Part shown: positions 51,655 to 62,171 of the stretch, one piece after another
How positions within the stretch are numbered: the first letter of the stretch is position 1
How the letters are laid out: the number at the start of each line of letters is the position of its first letter
From: Occultella glacieicola
GTDB taxonomy: Bacteria; Actinomycetota; Actinomycetes; Actinomycetales; Beutenbergiaceae
Reading direction: 5' to 3'
Assembly: GCF_004353825.1 (NCBI RefSeq)
Contig: NZ_SMNA01000014.1
Coordinates: 62,001 to 126,000 of the forward strand
DNA: 64,000 nt
Notes under the pieces: model-generated
Database searches by the model: none
What the model was told of the DNA's origin: nothing
Seen by the model: only the letters and a program-made list of their open reading frames with translations
Program-made: the position numbers and the translations under genes

Positions 51655-53484
51655 ATGGACCAGAACGAGGCCCCTCTCCTCGTCAACACCCCGCCGGAGA
51701 TGAGCACGCCGGACATCCTCGCCGACTGGGCCGCGAAGGAGCCGGACCGAGTCCTCATCGAAGAGCTGCGCGGCTCCACCTGGCACCCGATGACGGCGCA
51801 GCAGATGCACGAGAAGGTGTCGGCGATCGCGAAGGGGCTGATCGCCTCGGGCGTGGGGCCCGGGGACCGGGTCGCCGTGATGAGCCGGACCCGTGCCGAG
51901 TGGGTGCTGCTCGACTTCGGGATCTGGTACGCCGGCGCCGTGACCGTGCCGGTGTACGAGACCTCCTCGGCGGACCAGACCGCGTGGATCCTGTCCAACT
52001 CGGGCGTGAAGGCCATCATCGTCGAGAACGCCGGCCACCTGGCCGTGGTCGACGAGGCGCGCGCCGACGCACCGAGCGTGGGGCCGGCCTGGGTCCTCGA
52101 CGACGGCGCCCTCGAGAAGCTGACGGCTGCGGGCGCCGACGTGTCCGACGATGACGTCCGGGCCCGCTACGACGCGCTCCGCACCGACGATCTCGCCACG
52201 ATCATCTACACCTCAGGCACCACCGGCCGGCCCAAGGGTGCCGAGCTCACCCACGCGAACTTCGTCGAGCTGACCCGCAACGCCGTCGGGGCGCTCGGGC
52301 CGTCGATCCTGCACGAGGCCTCGCGGACGCTGCTGTTCATGCCGCTGGCGCACGTGTTCGCCCGGTTCGTCGAGGTGCTCTGCGTCACCGCCGGTGTGCC
52401 GCAGGGGCACACGCCGGACACGAAGACGCTGATGGCGGACATCGCCACGTTCCGGCCGACCTTCATCCTGTCCGTGCCGCGCGTGTTCGAGAAGGTCTAC
52501 AACAGCTCCGAGCAGAAGGCGGCCGCAGGCGGCAAGGTGAAGATCTTCCGCTGGGCGGCGAAGGTCTCCGGTGACTACTCCCGCTCGCTGGACACCGGCG
52601 GCCCCGGCATCGGGCTGAAACTGCAGCACAAGCTCGCGGACAAGCTCGTGCTGCACAAGATCCGCAACGCGCTCGGTGGCCAGGCCGAGTTCGCGATCTC
52701 CGGCGGCGCGCCGCTCGGGGAGCGGCTCGGGCACTTCTTCCGCGGTGTCGGCCTGACCGTTCTCGAGGGGTACGGGCTGACCGAGACGACGGCGCCCGTG
52801 AGCGTGAACGTGCCGGCCAAGTCGGTCATCGGTACCGTCGGGCCGCCGCTGCCGGGCGTCGGCCTGAAGATCGACTCCGACGGCGAGATCCTCGCCCGCG
52901 GGATCGCGGTCTTCCGCGGCTATCACGACAACGCCGAGGCCACCGCCGAGTCGTTCACCGACGACTGGTTCCACACCGGGGACCTCGGCGAACTGACCGC
53001 GGACGGGTACCTGAAGATCACCGGCCGGAAGAAGGAGATCATCGTCACGGCCGGCGGCAAGAATGTGGTGCCGTCCCAGCTCGAGGACCGGATCCGGTCC
53101 CACCCCCTGGTGAGCCAGTGCGTGGTGGTCGGGGACCAGAAGCCCTTCATCGCGGCGCTGGTCACCCTGGACACCGAGATGTTGCCGACGTGGCTCGCCA
53201 ACCACGAGGTCGGCGAGTTGTCGGTGGCGGAGGCGGCCAAGGACCCGACGGTCATCGCCGCGATCCAGAGCGCGGTGGACCGGGCCAACTCGAAGGTCTC
53301 GCGAGCGGAGTCGATCCGGACGTTCGAGATCCTGCTCGACGACTTCACGATCGCCAACGACTACCTGACGCCGTCGCTGAAGGTGAAGCGCAACCTGGTG
53401 CTGCGCGACTTCGCGGACCGGATCGAGGCGATGTACGACAACGCCGCCAAGGCCCGCGCGACGAACGGTGCCGACGCCGCCTGA
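51655..53484 (+). CDS. Long-chain fatty-acid--CoA ligase (FadD15-like)
   Basis: IYTSGTTGRPKG, LPLAH-like MPLAHVF, EGYGLTET, WFHTGDLG and ITGRKKEIIVTAGGKNV; AAGGAG RBS. Confidence 0.93.
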   Translation: MDQNEAPLLVNTPPEMSTPDILADWAAKEPDRVLIEELRGSTWHPMTAQQMHEKVSAIAKGLIASGVGPGDRVAVMSRTRAEWVLLDFGIWYAGAVTVPVYETSSADQTAWILSNSGVKAIIVENAGHLAVVDEARADAPSVGPAWVLDDGALEKLTAAGADVSDDDVRARYDALRTDDLATIIYTSGTTGRPKGAELTHANFVELTRNAVGALGPSILHEASRTLLFMPLAHVFARFVEVLCVTAGVPQGHTPDTKTLMADIATFRPTFILSVPRVFEKVYNSSEQKAAAGGKVKIFRWAAKVSGDYSRSLDTGGPGIGLKLQHKLADKLVLHKIRNALGGQAEFAISGGAPLGERLGHFFRGVGLTVLEGYGLTETTAPVSVNVPAKSVIGTVGPPLPGVGLKIDSDGEILARGIAVFRGYHDNAEATAESFTDDWFHTGDLGELTADGYLKITGRKKEIIVTAGGKNVVPSQLEDRIRSHPLVSQCVVVGDQKPFIAALVTLDTEMLPTWLANHEVGELSVAEAAKDPTVIAAIQSAVDRANSKVSRAESIRTFEILLDDFTIANDYLTPSLKVKRNLVLRDFADRIEAMYDNAAKARATNGADAA

Positions 53485-53523
53485 CGCCCCTGGGGCCCTG
53501 GCACGGGCTCAGCCGCACCCTCG

Positions 53524-53574
53524 ACGCCGGTGCGGCCACGACCGGGACCTTCCCCGGCGTGGCCGCACCGGCGT
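53524..53574 (+). terminator. Hairpin downstream of acyl-CoA ligase
   Basis: Perfect 17-bp arms ACGCCGGTGCGGCCACG / CGTGGCCGCACCGGCGT plus an inner CCGGG/CCCGG stem. Confidence 0.7.
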
Positions 53575-53596
53575 TGTCGGTGCGGCGCCGTAACGT
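53574..53596 (+). promoter_or_regulatory. PafBC-dependent (RecA-NDp) DNA-damage promoter
   Basis: TTGTCGGTG-N8-TAACGT, i.e. TGTCGG-N10-TA-N3-T exactly, ending 8 nt before the ATG. Confidence 0.8.
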
Positions 53597-53604
53597 TCGA
53601 ACGG

Positions 53605-55605
53605 ATGGCCGAGAACCTCCTGCACCCGCCCCGTCCCGGCCGGCGCCTCGACCTCAGCGACGCCGGGCGCTCCCCCTACCAGGCGTCCGGGCAGGCACCG
53701 GTGCAGCTCGCCCTCGAGGACGTCGGCACGCCGCTGTACCACGCGACGTTCGTGGTGGTCGACCTGGAGACCACCGGCGGCTCCCCCGCGGCCAGCGAGA
53801 TCACCGAGATCGGTGCGGTCAAGGTGCGGGGCGGCGAGGTGCTCGGCGAGTTCCAGACGCTCGTCAACCCGGGCGTCGGGATCCCGCCGATGATCACGGT
53901 GCTGACCGGGATCACCAACGCGATGGTGATCGAGGCGCCACCGATCGCCGAGGTACTGCCCGCATTCCTGGAGTTCGCCCACGGCGCCGTGCTCGTGGCC
54001 CACAACGCCCGGTTCGACGTCGGCTTCCTCAAGGCCGCCGCCGCCCGGATGGACCTGTCCTGGCCACGCCCGCAGGTCGTGGACACGGTCGCTCTGGCGC
54101 GCCGGGTGGTCACCCGGGACGAGGCGCCCAACCACAAGCTCGGCACCCTCGCGGCGCTGTTCCACGCCGAGACCACCCCGGACCACCGGGCCCTGTCGGA
54201 CGCCCGCGCCACCGTCGACGTGCTGCACGCCCTGCTCGCCCGGATGAGCGGGCTCGGGGTCACGCACCTGGAGGACCTGACCACCGCGGCAGACCCGGTG
54301 CCGCACGCCCGGCGGCGCAAGTCCACCCTGGCGGACGGCCTGCCCACCGGGGCGGGCGTCTACCAGTTCCTCGGGCCGAAGAACGAGGTGCTCTACGTCG
54401 GGACCGCCGTCAACATCAAGCGGCGGGTGCGCAGCTACTTCACGGCCGCGGAGAAGCGGGCCCGGATCGGGGAGATGGTGGATCTGGCCACCGGGGTGCG
54501 CCCGATCCCCTGCGCCACCCCCCTGGAGGCGAGCGTGCGCGAACTGCGCCTGATCGCCGAGCACAAGCCCCCGTACAACCGGCGCTCCCGGGCCCCGGAA
54601 CGCCGGCCGTGGATCCGGCTGACCGATGAGGCGCACCCCCGGCTCTCGATCGTGAGGTCGGTGCCGGTGGCCGCGCGGGACCGGGCGATCGGCCCGTTCG
54701 CCTCCCGGCGGGGAGCCGAACTGGCGACGGAGGCCATCCTCGCCACCGTGCCCCTTCGCCAGTGCACGGCGCGCCTGCCCAGGCTTCCGGCCCCGGGTGC
54801 CTCGGCCTGCGTCCTCGCCGAGCTCGGGCGGTGCGCCGCACCTTGTGTCACGGCCGGAGGCGTGGTCGAGCCAGGGCTGCCCGGGGTCGTGTCGTTGGGT
54901 CTGCCGGGGATCGGGGCCGAGCGCCCGCACGGTGTGCTGACGCCCTACCCGGTCAGCGTTGCGACGGCCGCGTCCATCATGGGTGGTGACGCCGGCCCGG
55001 TCGTGGCGGCGCTACGACGTTCGATCGGGCACCTGAGCCTGCAGCAGCGGTACGAGGAGGCCGCAGTGCACCGGGACCGGCTGCTCGCGTTCCTGCGCGG
55101 GGCGGCGCGGACGCAGCGACTGGCCCCGGTCCAGCGGGCCCGACAGATCGTGGCAGCCCGCGCGCACGCCGAGGGCGGCTGGGAGATCGTGGTGGTGCGG
55201 TACGGGCGGCTCGCGGCGACCGCGATCAGCCCCCGGGACACCAGCCCCTACCCGACGATCTCGGCCCTGCTCGCCGGGGCCGAGCAGGTGGCCCAGCCGG
55301 ACGTCGTCGGAGGGGCGGCGACGGCCGAGGAGACCGAGCTGATCACGGGCTGGCTGGAACGGCCCGGCGCCCGGCTGATCGAGTTCGACGCCGCCGAGTC
55401 CCCCGGCTGGGCGCTGCCGGTCGGCGGGGCGACGGCCCACCTGCGTGAGCTCGAGGCCGCCCAGACCCGGGACACCGAGCGCGCGGCCCTCGGCCGGCGC
55501 GCCGGAGAGCACCCCGTGATCCCGGCCGCCGACCACCCCGAGGCCCCCGCGTCCGATCACGCGGCGCCCACCCATGCCACGCGCGCCCGTCCCGCGGCCG
55601 GCTGA
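53605..55605 (+). CDS. DEDD 3'-5' exonuclease (DnaQ-like) fused to GIY-YIG/UvrC-like domain (Rv2191-like)
   Basis: VVDLETTG, AHNARFD, HRALSDA; GVYQF..LYVG..RVRSYF, ELRLI..PPYN; Cys cluster; UVR motif RYEEAA..RDR. Confidence 0.9.
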   Translation: MAENLLHPPRPGRRLDLSDAGRSPYQASGQAPVQLALEDVGTPLYHATFVVVDLETTGGSPAASEITEIGAVKVRGGEVLGEFQTLVNPGVGIPPMITVLTGITNAMVIEAPPIAEVLPAFLEFAHGAVLVAHNARFDVGFLKAAAARMDLSWPRPQVVDTVALARRVVTRDEAPNHKLGTLAALFHAETTPDHRALSDARATVDVLHALLARMSGLGVTHLEDLTTAADPVPHARRRKSTLADGLPTGAGVYQFLGPKNEVLYVGTAVNIKRRVRSYFTAAEKRARIGEMVDLATGVRPIPCATPLEASVRELRLIAEHKPPYNRRSRAPERRPWIRLTDEAHPRLSIVRSVPVAARDRAIGPFASRRGAELATEAILATVPLRQCTARLPRLPAPGASACVLAELGRCAAPCVTAGGVVEPGLPGVVSLGLPGIGAERPHGVLTPYPVSVATAASIMGGDAGPVVAALRRSIGHLSLQQRYEEAAVHRDRLLAFLRGAARTQRLAPVQRARQIVAARAHAEGGWEIVVVRYGRLAATAISPRDTSPYPTISALLAGAEQVAQPDVVGGAATAEETELITGWLERPGARLIEFDAAESPGWALPVGGATAHLRELEAAQTRDTERAALGRRAGEHPVIPAADHPEAPASDHAAPTHATRARPAAG

Positions 55606-55820
55606 CGCCGGCCGGTGCCGCACGCACTCGCCCGAACTCCGCCGAAGCAGTCCCGCGCGCCCGAGCAGGTCCCGCAGACCCTCCGGCCCCGGGCGCACCG
55701 GACTGCCCCAGCGCACGAGGGCCTGCCTCACCGCGCCGGGGACCGGTGAGGCGCGCCCGGGGGGTGAGGGCGCGGCATGATGGGCCCGTACCCGCATCCG
55801 TTCCCACCCACGGAGGACCC

Positions 55821-56102
55821 ATGATCACCGCGATCGTCCTGATCGACGCCGACGCCGCCCGCATCCCCGAGGTCGCCAAGGAGGTCGCGGACATCGACGG
55901 CGTCAGTGAGGCCTACTCCGTCACCGGGGACATCGACCTGGTGGCGATGGTGCGCGTGCGCCGCCACGAGGAACTCGCCGGCGTGATCGCGGACAAGGTC
56001 AGCAAGGTGGAGGGGGTCATCCGGACCCAGACCTACATCGCGTTCCAGACCTACTCGGGGCACGACCTCGAGGCGGCGTTCGACCTCGGCGTGGCCGACT
56101 GA
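55821..56102 (+). CDS. Stand-alone Lrp/AsnC ligand-binding (RAM) domain protein
   Basis: MITAIVLI..GVSEAYSVTGDIDL..GVIRTQTYIAF; no HTH; GGAGG RBS. Confidence 0.88.
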   Translation: MITAIVLIDADAARIPEVAKEVADIDGVSEAYSVTGDIDLVAMVRVRRHEELAGVIADKVSKVEGVIRTQTYIAFQTYSGHDLEAAFDLGVAD

Positions 56103-56135
56103 GTCCTTCTGGCGGGTGCCCGCCCGCCCTGCCGG

Positions 56136-57209
56136 TCAGGCGTTGCTGGCCGTGACCCAGCGCTCGAGCACACCCGCCGCGGCACCGTCGTCGATGGACC
56201 CGGCGGCCAGTGCCAGTCCGGCGCGGAGCCGGCCGAGCAGGTCACCCTCGGCGGTGCCCGGTCGCGTCCCGTCCGCGACCAGGGCGGCAGCCGCGTTCAG
56301 CAGCACCGCATCCCGGATGGCGCCGGTCCGGCCGACCAGCAGGTCCCGGGCCACGCCCGCGTTGAAGGTGGCGTCGGCACCCCGGATGTCGTCGAGGGTG
56401 GCCCGCGTCATCCCGAAGGCTGTCACAGGGTCGACCTCGTGCTCACGCACGAGTCCCCCGGTGGCCGCGGTGACCTCCCAGACCCGGGCGGGCGCCGTCG
56501 TCGCGAGTTCGTCCAACCCGTCCTCGCTGCGGAACACGAGCGAACTGTTGCCCCGCTCGGCGAACACGCCCGCCATGATCGGCGCCATCCGGGCGTTGCC
56601 CACCCCGATGGCGCCGGCCCGCGGTTGCGCCGGGTTGGTCAGCGGCCCGAGCACGTTGAACGCGGTCGGGACGCCCAGGTCCCGGCGGGCCACGGCGGCG
56701 TGGCGCATCGCCGGGTGGTAATGGTTCGCGAACAAGAACGTGATGCCCGCCTCACCGACCACCCGGGCGGCGGCCGCGGGATCGAGGTCCAACCGGACCC
56801 CGAGGGCCTCGAGCACATCCGCCGAGCCGCTCGCCGAGGACGACGCCCGGTTGCCGTGCTTGACCACGCGGATGCCGGTACCGGCCACCACGATCGCCGC
56901 CATCGTGGAGATGTTGACGCTGCGGTGGCGGTCCCCACCGGTGCCGACGATGTCGACGGCGTCACCGGGCACCTCGATCGGGACGGCGTGGGCGATCATC
57001 GAGTCCGCCAGGCCGCGGACCTCGGGCACGGTCTCGCCCTTGGCGGCGAGAGCCACGAGGAACCCCGCGAGCGTCACCGGCGAGGTGTTCCCGGACATCA
57101 CCTCGTCCATCGCCCAGGAGGTCTCGGCCGCGGACAGGTCCGCGCCGCCGAGCAGCCGCACGATCAGCTCCGGCCAGGTGCGGCCCTCGTCCGCGGCGGG
57201 TGCGGTCAT
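56136..57209 (-). CDS. trpD: Anthranilate phosphoribosyltransferase
   Basis: [42 protein letters not shown] and GLDE. Confidence 0.96.
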   Translation of the reverse strand: MTAPAADEGRTWPELIVRLLGGADLSAAETSWAMDEVMSGNTSPVTLAGFLVALAAKGETVPEVRGLADSMIAHAVPIEVPGDAVDIVGTGGDRHRSVNISTMAAIVVAGTGIRVVKHGNRASSSASGSADVLEALGVRLDLDPAAAARVVGEAGITFLFANHYHPAMRHAAVARRDLGVPTAFNVLGPLTNPAQPRAGAIGVGNARMAPIMAGVFAERGNSSLVFRSEDGLDELATTAPARVWEVTAATGGLVREHEVDPVTAFGMTRATLDDIRGADATFNAGVARDLLVGRTGAIRDAVLLNAAAALVADGTRPGTAEGDLLGRLRAGLALAAGSIDDGAAAGVLERWVTASNA

Positions 57210-57213
57210 CGCC

Positions 57214-57648
57214 TCAACGTGCGAGCCGCGCGCGCAGGACGTCCGCGACCGATTCCTGGAGCTCCAGCGGGTCGAGCGGGTAGGAGACCACCGCGTCCGC
57301 CTCGGACCAGGACGCGAGCCAGGCGTCCTGCGGGCGCGCGATGAGCACCATGATCGGCGGGCACCGGTAGATCTCGGACTTCAGCGTGCGGCACAGGCCC
57401 ATGCCACCGTGCTTCGGTGCCTCGCCGTCGAGGATGACGAGGTCGTAGGAGTTGTTCTCCACGTGCTCGACCACCGCGGCCGGGGTGGCCGCCTCGGTCC
57501 AGACGATCTTGGCGGTGTCCAACGACGCCCGGCGTCCGACCCCGACCTTCACCTGGTCCCTCGTGGTGTAGTCGTCGCTGTAGAGCAGGACCGAGGCGGT
57601 CTCCTGCTTCTGCGGTGCGGGCGCGGCTTCGTGCTGCGCAGCGGTCAT
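57214..57648 (-). CDS. Single-domain atypical response-regulator receiver protein
   Basis: [26 protein letters not shown] and [19 protein letters not shown]. Confidence 0.82.
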   Translation of the reverse strand: MTAAQHEAAPAPQKQETASVLLYSDDYTTRDQVKVGVGRRASLDTAKIVWTEAATPAAVVEHVENNSYDLVILDGEAPKHGGMGLCRTLKSEIYRCPPIMVLIARPQDAWLASWSEADAVVSYPLDPLELQESVADVLRARLAR

Positions 57649-57983
57649 CGTGGTCCTCCCGATCACTGGGCGGCGTGGCTCACGTCGCCGCCGAAGTCCT
57701 GTCGGCCATGCTAGTGCTTCCGCCGGCCCGGCAGACGCCACCGGCGCGGGGTCGGACCCGAACCCCGGACGGCGCTTCCGATCGCCTTCGAAGCCCCGGC
57801 GCGCGGTGCCCCGAGGGGTCCTTCGACCGGGCCCACGGGGACGTGACGGCGTTGGCACTTTTGTCAGTACCTGCCTACGTTTTCGGCCTCTCGGACATCA
57901 CTTTTGGGCATCATCGTGCGGCAAACCCCGGTCCGGGCGTGCCGAAGGCGCCACGGGGTTGCCATTCGCGCCATAATGACAGC

Positions 57984-58622
57984 GTGTCGTCTGCAACCAC
58001 TGAGCTCAGCACCCCCCACCTGTCGGTGAATCGACCCAACCTCGCGCAGGTTGGAACGATCGTCTGGCTGTCGAGCGAACTGATGTTCTTCGCGGGTCTC
58101 TTCGCGATGTACTTCACGCACCGCTCGGTCGCCGGACCCGAGGTCTGGGCCGAGGGCGCCGGTCACCTGAACATCATGTTCTCCGGCGCCAACACCCTGG
58201 TCCTGGTGCTCAGCTCGGTCACCTGCCAGATGGGCGTGGTCGCCGCCGAGAACTTCCGGCAGCGCCGCTCCGGTGGCCTGCTCCAGTTCTGGAAGTGGGG
58301 CATGAACGAGTGGTTCATCCTCACCTACCTGATGGGCGCGTTCTTCGTCGCCGGTCAGATCTTCGAGTACGCCGAGCTCGCCCACGCGGGACTGACCTTC
58401 CAGAACTCGACCTACGGTTCGGTCTTCTACCTGACCACCGGGTTCCACGGGCTGCACGTGATCGGCGGACTGATCGCGTTCCTGTTCGTGCTGCTGCGCT
58501 CGTTCTCGGCGCACCGGTTCGGTGAGCACGAGGCCACCTCGGCGATCGTCGTCTCCTACTACTGGCACTTCGTCGACGCCGTCTGGATCGCGCTGTTCTT
58601 CACCATCTACTTCCTGCAATAG
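57984..58622 (+). CDS. ctaE: Cytochrome c oxidase subunit III
   Basis: [30 protein letters not shown] and YYWHFVD. Confidence 0.95.
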   Translation: MSSATTELSTPHLSVNRPNLAQVGTIVWLSSELMFFAGLFAMYFTHRSVAGPEVWAEGAGHLNIMFSGANTLVLVLSSVTCQMGVVAAENFRQRRSGGLLQFWKWGMNEWFILTYLMGAFFVAGQIFEYAELAHAGLTFQNSTYGSVFYLTTGFHGLHVIGGLIAFLFVLLRSFSAHRFGEHEATSAIVVSYYWHFVDAVWIALFFTIYFLQ

Positions 58623-58672
58623 CGCCTCCCCCGACACCAGCCCATAACTGACGTAACGAAGGATCTGACCAA

Positions 58673-59452
58673 GTGAAGGCTTTAGCGGCCAGCAGAAGGC
58701 ACCGGTTGGCGCCGGTCATCCTGATGACCCTGGCGTTGTTCCTCACCGGCGCGGTCTACGCCGCTCTCGCCCCGAGCTCCGCGCAGGCGAACACCGCGGG
58801 CGCCGATGACATCGAAGAGGGACGCCGTCTCTTCATCACGAACTGCTCCACCTGCCACGGGATGAGCGCCGAGGGCTCGGACACCGTGCCCTCACTGATC
58901 GGCGTCGGCGCCGCATCGGTCCACTTCCAGGTCATCACCGGCCGGATGCCGATGGATGCCGACTCCCCGCAGGCCGGCGCGAAGCCGCCGCAGTTCACCG
59001 ATGAGCAGGCTCGTCAGCTCGCCGCCTACATCGCCAGCCTCGGCCCCGGCCCGGGCATCCCGGACGAGGAGACGGTCGACCCCGCTCTTGGCAACGCCGC
59101 GGAGGGCATGCAGCTCTTCCGCACGAACTGCGCCATGTGCCACAACTTCGTCGGTGCCGGAGGCGCCCTCACGAACGGCAAGTACGCGCCGGCGCTCGAC
59201 GACAGCACCCCCACCGAGATCTACGAGGCGATGATCACCGGGCCGCAGTCGATGCCCGTGTTCAACAACGCGAACCTCACCGAGGAGGACAAGCGGAACA
59301 TCATCGCCTTCCTCGTGGCCCAGCGTGAGCCGAACCCCGGTGGCTTCACCCTCGGCTCGCTCGGTTCGGTCTCCGAGGGCGTGTGGGCCTTCCTCGTCGG
59401 ATTCGGCCTCCTGATCGGGGCTGCCGTCTGGATCGGAGCGCGCTCCTCATGA
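58673..59452 (+). CDS. qcrC: Cytochrome bcc complex diheme cytochrome c subunit
   Basis: Two CxxCH motifs (CSTCH, CAMCH), GRMP and GPQSMP. Confidence 0.95.
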   Translation: MKALAASRRHRLAPVILMTLALFLTGAVYAALAPSSAQANTAGADDIEEGRRLFITNCSTCHGMSAEGSDTVPSLIGVGAASVHFQVITGRMPMDADSPQAGAKPPQFTDEQARQLAAYIASLGPGPGIPDEETVDPALGNAAEGMQLFRTNCAMCHNFVGAGGALTNGKYAPALDDSTPTEIYEAMITGPQSMPVFNNANLTEEDKRNIIAFLVAQREPNPGGFTLGSLGSVSEGVWAFLVGFGLLIGAAVWIGARSS

Positions 59453-60489
59453 CCATCGAGCACACCGACCGCTCCACCGACGTCGTGGAGCACCCGGAGC
59501 AGTTCACCAACCCGGGCCTGCCCCCGCACCGTCCGCGCCTGGGCGACGAGGACCCGAAGGCCAACAAGCTCTCCGAGCGCATCGTCCTGGCCATCTTCAC
59601 CGTGTCGGTGCTGGCCAGCATCGCCTCGATCGTCGGCTACTTCGCGATCCCGGTCGACCCCGAGGCCGGCAGCATGGGCAACACCCGCTTGTCCACGATC
59701 GTCATCGGAGTCGGGCTCGGGCTCGGCATGCTCGGCATCGGCGTCGCCGCGATCCACTGGGCCAAGTCGCTCATGAACGACCACGACAAGGTCGAGGAGC
59801 GGCACGAGATCGCGGGCGACGAGGAGACTCGCGGCACCGCGGTGGAGATGTTCAACGAGGGCGTCAGGGATGCCTCGATCGCCCGCCGGCCCCTGCTCAA
59901 GGGCGCCGTCGGCGGGGCCCTCGCCCTGGCGCCGCTGCCGTTCCTGGTGCCACTGATCGGCAACCTCGGCGGCGATTGGGACGTCTCGAGGTTCAAGCGG
60001 ACCGCCTGGGCCCCCGGCGACAACGGGGACCGTGTCTACCTCGCCACGGACCCCACGAACCGTCGCATCAAGGCCGCGGAGGTCACCGTAGGGAGCCTGT
60101 TCCACGTGATGCCGTGGAACCTTCCGGAGCACCCGAACTACCTCGATGAGAAGGCCAAGGCCGTCGTCCTGCTGGTTCGGCTCGACCCCCAGGATCTCAA
60201 GGAGACCGAGGAGCGGGCGAGCTGGTCCTACGACGGCATCGTGGCCTACTCGAAGATCTGCACCCACGTCGGCTGCCCCGTCGCGCTGTACGAGCGTGAG
60301 ACCCACCATCTGCTGTGCCCGTGCCACCAGTCCACGTTCGACGTGACGGACGAGGCGAAGGTCGTGTTCGGCCCCGCCGGCCGGGCGCTGCCGCAGTTGC
60401 CGATCGATGTCGATGAGAACGGCTACCTGGTCGCCCAGCGCGACTTCGACGAGCCCATCGGCCCGAGTTTCTGGGAGCGTGAACGATGA
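59449..60489 (+). CDS. qcrA: Cytochrome bcc complex Rieske iron-sulfur subunit
   Basis: CTHVGC and CPCHQS Rieske boxes; three TM helices; ATGA overlap with qcrC. Confidence 0.95.
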   Translation: MTIEHTDRSTDVVEHPEQFTNPGLPPHRPRLGDEDPKANKLSERIVLAIFTVSVLASIASIVGYFAIPVDPEAGSMGNTRLSTIVIGVGLGLGMLGIGVAAIHWAKSLMNDHDKVEERHEIAGDEETRGTAVEMFNEGVRDASIARRPLLKGAVGGALALAPLPFLVPLIGNLGGDWDVSRFKRTAWAPGDNGDRVYLATDPTNRRIKAAEVTVGSLFHVMPWNLPEHPNYLDEKAKAVVLLVRLDPQDLKETEERASWSYDGIVAYSKICTHVGCPVALYERETHHLLCPCHQSTFDVTDEAKVVFGPAGRALPQLPIDVDENGYLVAQRDFDEPIGPSFWERER

Positions 60490-62171
60490 CCACCGACCTG
60501 GCCCCCGGCCCCAAGGTGGACCCCAAGATCGCCGCGACGGCGGACTTCCTCGATACCCGCCTCGGGATCTCGAAGATGTTCAAGGGGCTCGGCCGCAAGC
60601 TCTTCCCGGACCACTGGTCCTTCCTGCTCGGTGAGATCGCGCTGTACAGCTTCATCGTGCTGATCATCTCCGGCACGTTCCTGACCATGTTCTTCGTGCC
60701 GAGCATGACCGAGATCCACTACCCGCACGATGCCCTCCCGGTGACCATGCAGGGCCAGCCGATGTCGGAGGCGTTCGCCTCCACGTTGAACCTGTCGTTC
60801 CATGTGCGCGGCGGACTCTTCATGCGCCAGCTGCACCACTGGTCAGCGCTGATCTTCGTGGGCGCCATGGTGATCCACATGCTCCGCATCCTGTTCACGG
60901 GTGCGTTCCGCAAGCCTCGTGAGATCAACTACCTGATCGGCTTCCTGATGCTGATCACGAGCCTGCTGGCGGGCCTGACCGGTTACTCCCTCCCCGACGA
61001 CGTGCTCTCCGGCAACGGCCTGCGGATCACCGACGGTGTGGTGCGGTCCATCCCGATCATCGGCTCCTACCTGAGCTTCATGGTGTTCGGCGGCGAGTTC
61101 CCCGGCATGGACGTCGTCCCCCGGATGTACGCGCTGCACATCTTGTTCATCCCGGGGCTGATCCTGGCGCTCGTGGCCGTGCACCTGTTCCTGGTGTTCT
61201 GGCACAAGCACACCCAGTACCCGGGTCCCGGCCGCACGAACAAGAACGTGGTCGGGTTCCCGCTGTTCCCGATCTACGTGGCCAAGGCCGGCGGCTTCTT
61301 CTTCATCGTGTTCGGCATCCTCGGCCTCATGGGCGCGACGATGAGCATCAACAACGTGTGGAACTACGGCCCGTTCGACCCGGCGCTCGTCGGGGCCGGC
61401 GCCCAGCCGGACTGGTACATGCTCTTCCTCGAGGGCTCGCTGCGGCTGATGCCGAGCTGGGAGGTGGTCATCGCCGGCTTCACCGTCCCGATGAGCGTCC
61501 TGATCCCGGCCGTGGTCGTCCCCGGCGTGCTGTTCACCGTCCTCGGTGCGTACCCGTTCATCCACAACTACGCCACGAAGGACACCGGCGAGCACCACGT
61601 GCTCGACCGGCCGCGCAACGCGCCGACCCGCACCGCCATCATCGTGGCCGTGCTGAGCGTGTTCTTCGTCCTCCTCGCGGCCGGCTCGAACGACCTCATC
61701 GCCACGCACTTCAGCCTGTCCCTGAACGCGATCACCTGGGCGTTCCGGGTGCTGTTCTTCGTGCTCCCCGTGGTCGCGTTCATCGTGACCAAGCGGGTCT
61801 GCTACGGCCTGCAGCGCAAGGACCGGGAATTGGTCCTGCACGGCCACGAGACGGGCCGTGTGGTCCGGTTCGCCTCCGGCGAGTACGCCGAGGTGCACAA
61901 GCCGCTGGACGATTTCGAACGGTGGGTGCTGGTCGGCCCGCAGCCGGAGCGTCCGCTCGAGATCGAGCCGGCCGAGGACTCCAACGGTGTTCGCCGCCCC
62001 GGTCACAAGAAGGAGCTGCGCCGCCAGAAGTTCTCGCGCTTCTTCTACGAGGAGCGGGTCGAGCCGGTGACCCCGGCCGAGTTGGTCGCCGCGCACGCCA
62101 CCGGCGCCCACGACGCCCTGCCCGCGTCCGAGGAGCGGGATGCTCGCGAACTCGAGGCGCGAACCCACTGA
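60486..62171 (+). CDS. qcrB: Cytochrome bcc complex cytochrome b subunit
   Basis: FPDHWSFLLGE, RQLHHW, HM.R..FTGAFRKPRE, GYSLPDD and QPDWY. Confidence 0.96.
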   Translation: MTTDLAPGPKVDPKIAATADFLDTRLGISKMFKGLGRKLFPDHWSFLLGEIALYSFIVLIISGTFLTMFFVPSMTEIHYPHDALPVTMQGQPMSEAFASTLNLSFHVRGGLFMRQLHHWSALIFVGAMVIHMLRILFTGAFRKPREINYLIGFLMLITSLLAGLTGYSLPDDVLSGNGLRITDGVVRSIPIIGSYLSFMVFGGEFPGMDVVPRMYALHILFIPGLILALVAVHLFLVFWHKHTQYPGPGRTNKNVVGFPLFPIYVAKAGGFFFIVFGILGLMGATMSINNVWNYGPFDPALVGAGAQPDWYMLFLEGSLRLMPSWEVVIAGFTVPMSVLIPAVVVPGVLFTVLGAYPFIHNYATKDTGEHHVLDRPRNAPTRTAIIVAVLSVFFVLLAAGSNDLIATHFSLSLNAITWAFRVLFFVLPVVAFIVTKRVCYGLQRKDRELVLHGHETGRVVRFASGEYAEVHKPLDDFERWVLVGPQPERPLEIEPAEDSNGVRRPGHKKELRRQKFSRFFYEERVEPVTPAELVAAHATGAHDALPASEERDARELEARTH

